Shown here: one piece after another, positions 58,139-62,514 of the stretch
How positions within the stretch are numbered: the first letter of the stretch is position 1
Layout of the letters: each line of letters begins with the position of its first letter
Assembly (NCBI GenBank): GCA_016206925.1
Contig: JACQQS010000028.1
Span: forward strand, 1 to 62,514
DNA length: 62,514 bases
Source of the DNA: Candidatus Omnitrophota bacterium
Lineage (GTDB): Bacteria; Omnitrophota; Omnitrophia; Omnitrophales; JACQQS01
Direction of reading: 5' to 3'
Translations under genes and position numbers: made by a program
The notes under the pieces: model-generated
The model's input: only the letters and a program-made list of their open reading frames with translations
Told to the model about the DNA's origin: nothing
The model's database searches: none

Positions 58139-59669
58139 TCCGGATATTCGGAAAAGCAGTTTTATTTTTTTCTCTGCCGTCATTCTAATTCTGGCCGCTG
58201 ACCTCCGGCTGTGCCTCCTGTGGCTCAAACCGTTTCATAATGACGAAGGGGTGAATGCGCATTTCCTGCTCGAGCTCCTCCGGCACGGCAAATACGCCTA
58301 CGATCCCGAAAATTACCACGGCCCTTTCATTTACTTTTTCACTGTCCTGCTGGTGAAGCTGTTCGGATTCTCAGATTTTGTCCTGCGACTTTCTCCCGTA
58401 CTCTTCAGCGTGGCTCAACTGACTTTGCTTTTCTGCCTGAAAAACCGCTTAAAGAAGCCGGGGGTGCTGACGGCGCTTGTACTCATGGGATTTTCGCCGA
58501 ATATCATTTACTTTTCGAGAACTTTCATCCATGAAATTTATTTCACGGCGGCGACCTTGGCCTTGTTCGTCTCCATTTATTATCTTTGCGAAAAGCGCAA
58601 CACACGTTTCCTGATACCGGCCGCATTGTCAATGGCGCTTCTCATCACCATCAAGGAAACTTTTGTAATCACGCTGGCCTGCCTCTCGGCTGCCGGAGCC
58701 GTCTCCTGGCTGGCCCGCCGGAGGGACGCACCACCGGGCCGCAAATCCATTAAACTTCCAGACGCGGTTGATGCGGCCATACTGGCTATTTATGCAGGGC
58801 TTGGGCTTTGCGTATTTCTGTTGATTTACCTGCTGCTCTATTCATCCTTCTTTCAAAATCCAAGCGGGCCCTGGGCTGCCGGTGAAAGCTTGTTTCATTG
58901 GCGGGACCGAAGCCGTTATGATCACGTTAAAGGTTTTCTTTATTACTTCAAAATCATTCTGCAATTCGAACTTCCCGTGCTGGCTTTAACGCTCTTCGGA
59001 TTGGCGCGCGCTGTTCAAAAGCGGGGTTTTTTTCTTCTCTTTCTATCCGGCTGGACTGTTCTCACTTTTCTGGCCTATTCTTTGATTCCCTACAAAACGC
59101 CCTGGCTCGTGCTCAATATCCTGCTGCCCGCAATCCTCACAGCAGGAGCGGCCGTCGGCGATGCGGCGGGCATTTGGATAACCACAAAGACCGGCCAAAG
59201 GATTTTTGCCGTCGTTCTATGGATCCTTATAGCGGGAGGCGGCATTCGCAGCGCCGAAGTCAATTTCTTGCGGTACGATGATGATGCTTTGCCGATGGTT
59301 TACGTCCAAACCCATCGTTCTTACCGGAATTTTTTTCCGATTTGGAATGTTTTCAGAGCGAAATATGGCGACGAGACCAAGACTGCGATATTTTCGCCCA
59401 GTTATTGGCCGCTTCCCTGGGATTTGAGAGATCACAAAACAGTCGGTTATTACGCCAAGCTGACTCCCGGCCTCGAGGACCACCCTTTCCTCATTACCGA
59501 AGACACCCAGCATGTCGAAACAAAGAAAATCTATGGAGTTACCCATCACAAACTGGAAATGCCTTTCGCCCTCCGTCCCGGATTTAACCTCTATCTGTGG
59601 ATTCGAAAAGATATGTGGGAAGACACATTTGGCGACGAGAATTGGCGGCCCATTTCGCCTCAACCTTAA
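58113..59669 (+). CDS. GT-C/PMT-like membrane protein (TIGR03663/Agl23-like)
   Basis: PFHNDEGVN, YDPENYHGP, YFSR, YKTPW, YWPLPW. Confidence 0.8.
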   Translation: MKSSDAPVDPDIRKSSFIFFSAVILILAADLRLCLLWLKPFHNDEGVNAHFLLELLRHGKYAYDPENYHGPFIYFFTVLLVKLFGFSDFVLRLSPVLFSVAQLTLLFCLKNRLKKPGVLTALVLMGFSPNIIYFSRTFIHEIYFTAATLALFVSIYYLCEKRNTRFLIPAALSMALLITIKETFVITLACLSAAGAVSWLARRRDAPPGRKSIKLPDAVDAAILAIYAGLGLCVFLLIYLLLYSSFFQNPSGPWAAGESLFHWRDRSRYDHVKGFLYYFKIILQFELPVLALTLFGLARAVQKRGFFLLFLSGWTVLTFLAYSLIPYKTPWLVLNILLPAILTAGAAVGDAAGIWITTKTGQRIFAVVLWILIAGGGIRSAEVNFLRYDDDALPMVYVQTHRSYRNFFPIWNVFRAKYGDETKTAIFSPSYWPLPWDLRDHKTVGYYAKLTPGLEDHPFLITEDTQHVETKKIYGVTHHKLEMPFALRPGFNLYLWIRKDMWEDTFGDENWRPISPQP

Positions 59670-59774
59670 ATTTCTTTTCCAAATGTGCGGGGATAGATTG
59701 CTCCGTCATCTTTGCGCAGACGTTATGACATTCACTATGAAATTCATGTACTTGGCCGGCCAGTTATAATCATG

Positions 59775-59811
59775 TTGACAGTAAGCATTCAATACGTATA
59801 CTGCTGTATAC
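59775..59811 (+). promoter_or_regulatory. lexA promoter with palindromic operator candidate
   Basis: TTGACA-16-TATACT; GTATAC-TGCT-GTATAC (59796-59811) overlaps the -10. Confidence 0.6.
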
Positions 59812-59813
59812 AT

Positions 59814-60434
59814 ATGAAGTACGTGGTAACTGAAAAAGAATTGCAAGCTATTCGTGAAATCCGGAACACTTTTGTTCACAGAGGCAAATTTCCGTCAACC
59901 CGGGATCTTATGAAGACGCTTGGTTATAGGTCTCCACGATCCTCTGCTTTGATTATTGAACGTTTAATTCTGAAAGGATTTCTACGGCGCAGGCAAAACG
60001 GAAGCCTGCAGCTTGTGAAAGCCACAGAAGGCGATACAACGAGCGCGAAAACGGTCAATGTTCCGCTGGTCGGAACAGTTGCGTGTGGTATCCCAATTTT
60101 GGCAGATGAAAATATCGAAGCCATGATTCCTGTTTCGACCGACCTGGCTAAACCACCGGCAAAGTATTTTTTATTAAGGGCCAAAGGGGATTCTATGGAT
60201 TTGAGCGGAATTAACGACGGAGATATTGTATTGGTTCGCCAACAGGCCACGGCCACAGCGGGCGATTCAGTTGTCGCGCTAATTGATGATGAAGCGACGA
60301 TCAAAGAATTACACCCATCTCCTCACGCGATTGTCTTAAAACCAAAATCAAAAAACAGACAACACAAACCTATTGTTCTAACAAAGAATTTTCGCATTCA
60401 AGGAATCGTTGTTACTGCAATACCAAATCTATAA
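59814..60434 (+). CDS. lexA: LexA-family repressor
   Basis: wHTH (PSTRDL), VPLVGTVACG cleavage site, GDSM, TIK. Confidence 0.9.
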   Translation: MKYVVTEKELQAIREIRNTFVHRGKFPSTRDLMKTLGYRSPRSSALIIERLILKGFLRRRQNGSLQLVKATEGDTTSAKTVNVPLVGTVACGIPILADENIEAMIPVSTDLAKPPAKYFLLRAKGDSMDLSGINDGDIVLVRQQATATAGDSVVALIDDEATIKELHPSPHAIVLKPKSKNRQHKPIVLTKNFRIQGIVVTAIPNL

Positions 60435-60445
60435 TGAGGTAAGTG

Positions 60446-60649
60446 ATGGCTAAGTACATAAGGAATGCTGGAAAGCATTGGTCCGCACAGGAAGTAAGAT
60501 CATTGAAAAATCTGGCAAATCAAAATACACCTACGCGCGTTATCGGGTTAAAACTTGGCAGGCCGGTCGCAGGGGTATACGCTAAGGCATTGGAAAAGAG
60601 CATCTCTCTTGCTCCGACGAACCAGTCGCCCTATAACCGCCGTAAGTGA
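60446..60649 (+). CDS. small basic Myb/HTH-like hypothetical protein
   Basis: RNAGKHWS..NTPTRVIGLKLGR..PTNQSPYNRRK; GAGG RBS. Confidence 0.8.
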   Translation: MAKYIRNAGKHWSAQEVRSLKNLANQNTPTRVIGLKLGRPVAGVYAKALEKSISLAPTNQSPYNRRK

Positions 60650-60747
60650 TTTGTCAGGCCAAGCGGTTTTTAGCCGATAAAATTGATGTAAATTGTTTTT
60701 TAAAAAGCATCCAGTGGTAATGCATATTTCAAAGTAGAGGCAACCGA

Positions 60748-61644
60748 ATGCGACGCGCAATTCTTGATCAGCCGGAACTTTTTGACCCAATAGCATCTCT
60801 ATCCCATACGAAGATTCCTACCGGAGTAAAACCATTCATAAAATGGGCGGGAGGGAAATCTCAGCTTCTGCCCGTGTTGCGAAAAATGATTCCCAATTCT
60901 TTTAACCGTTATTTCGAGCCATTTCTAGGGGGTGGCGCATTATTTTTTGATACAGGCCCATCTTCAGCAATTCTCGCTGATGCTAATGAAGAATTGGTTA
61001 ATTGTTATCGCATTGTTCAAACCTCCCCTAAAAAGTTGCTTCTGGCGTTGGTTGAATTCAAGGTTGGAGAAAATGAATACTATAAAATCAGAGCTATGGA
61101 TCCTACCAAGCTTTCGAATATAGAAAGGGCTGCGAGGTTTTTGTATTTGAATAAAACCTGTTTCAACGGCTTATACCGTGTTAACAAACAAGGGCGATTT
61201 AACACGCCTTTTGGCCATTTCAAGAATGTGAACTTGGCAGACGAAGAAAATTTATTCAGGGCGAGTGATTTATTGCAATTTGCCGAGGTTCGTTGCATTG
61301 ATTACCATCAACTACTAATGGTAGAAGCAAAGCATGGAGATTTTATCTACCTGGATCCGCCTTATTTGCCCATTAGTAAGTATTCCGATTTTAAACGCTA
61401 TACGAAGAATTTTTTTTATGAAGAGGATCACGTGCGCCTAGCCTCTTTATTCAAAAATCTGCACCGGCGCGGTTGTAAAATTCTGTTGAGTAATTCCTAT
61501 CACCCGGTTGTCGTGGATTTATACGAAGGATTTAATACGCGCATTGTAGAGGCATCGCGTTTTATAAACTGCAAAGGTAACAAGAGAGGCGCTGTTAGGG
61601 AACTCATAGTTTCAAATTTTTACGCGCCGTTGGAAATGTCATGA
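60748..61644 (+). CDS. Dam-like D12-class adenine methyltransferase
   Basis: KWAGGK, EPFLGGG, FNGLYRVN, YLDPPY. Confidence 0.93.
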   Translation: MRRAILDQPELFDPIASLSHTKIPTGVKPFIKWAGGKSQLLPVLRKMIPNSFNRYFEPFLGGGALFFDTGPSSAILADANEELVNCYRIVQTSPKKLLLALVEFKVGENEYYKIRAMDPTKLSNIERAARFLYLNKTCFNGLYRVNKQGRFNTPFGHFKNVNLADEENLFRASDLLQFAEVRCIDYHQLLMVEAKHGDFIYLDPPYLPISKYSDFKRYTKNFFYEEDHVRLASLFKNLHRRGCKILLSNSYHPVVVDLYEGFNTRIVEASRFINCKGNKRGAVRELIVSNFYAPLEMS

Positions 61645-62373
61645 CATTTCCAGATACGAAATACATGGGCAGTAAACAAAATTTACTCCCATTCATAACG
61701 CAGAACACTAAAAATTTGAAGTTTAATACAGCACTCGATGCGTTTTCGGGCAGCGGATGTGTTGCGTATGCTTTCAAAGAAATGGGCAAAAGGGTTTTAA
61801 CGAACGATTTTTTAAAATTCTCTTATCACACCACGCGCGCTCTTGTGGAGAACAATTCAACGACTCTATCTGATCAAGATATTACGGAGTTGTTGCGCAA
61901 ACCTAGACAAGCACCAGATTTTGTTCGCCGAACTTTTAACAATTTATATTTTGACCAGGAAGATTGTGAGTTTTTAGACAATTTATGGGCTAATGCATCC
62001 CAGTTTAATGGGTCTTTGAAACGCTCATTGGTTCTTGCCGCTGCGGCTCGTGCCTGCATGAAAAAGAGACCGCGGGGAATCTTCACTTTTACGGGGAAAA
62101 AAGGGTGGGATGGCCGGAAGGATCTTAAACTGACCATGAGGGACCAATTCCTGCAAGCGGTAAAACTTTTCAATCAGGCCGTTTTCTCCAACGGGAAACA
62201 AAACAAATCCTTCTGCAAGGACGTTTTCGACTTGGATCCTAAAGATACGGACTTGGTTTATATTGATACGCCTTACATTAGCCCTTATTCAGATTGTGAT
62301 TACACAAGGAGATATCATTTCGTAGAAGGTTATTCCGTATATTGGAAGGGCCTTGAAGTCTTGCTGATACCAA
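61641..62373 (+). pseudogene. second D12-class adenine methyltransferase, interrupted by IS
   Basis: KYMGSK, DAFSGSG, YIDTPY; MTase-like sequence ends after YWKGLEV. Confidence 0.75.
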
Positions 62374-62514
62374 CTCATTTTCGACACTTCGGCGTTGGCG
62401 ATTTTCGTCTACTGGGTTTTCGTGAGAGGCCAGATCTGAAATTAAGGAAGGGTACGTTGTTCTTTGAATAACCAGAAGCGCGGATGTTTCAGCCCCAGTC
62501 TTTTTAAGATACGG
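62374..62514 (-). mobile_element. end of an IS (IS1634-like), continues beyond the window
   Basis: terminus CTCATTTTCGACAC; minus-strand ORF end RILKRLGLKHPRFWLFKEQRTLP* (stop 62442-62444). Confidence 0.55.

Overview
Bacterial chromosomal window with no rRNA, tRNA or CRISPR array. 344-27746 (- strand) is a large Wzx/Wzy exopolysaccharide cluster with a PEP-CTERM-type export module (small MerR, Wza, chain-length protein, ExeA-like ATPase, tyrosine kinase) behind a sigma54-like promoter. It is punctuated at gene junctions by small accessory cassettes: TA pairs, an aspartyl-protease pair, a four-helix-bundle gene and small peptides. Next come two orphan receiver proteins, GTP-PEPCK, a sigma54-preceded PEP-CTERM protein, an exported phosphatase, a MEDS protein and a mosaic type II R-M locus split by an ISAzo13 element. 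The right half holds system II cytochrome c biogenesis, glpK, a CDF transporter, a DUF1016-N/thermonuclease fusion beside an MNT-HEPN pair, MacAB-TolC, folate genes, two GT-C membrane proteins and a LexA-led double-methylase island cut by an IS at the window end. The most striking non-genic signals are (i) several REP-like palindrome families, including an exact 60-bp unit nested inside other REPs and translated in-frame within proteins, and (ii) accessory cassettes bracketed by inverted 7/8-mer tandem arrays. All family calls are by eye from motifs; no database searches were run.
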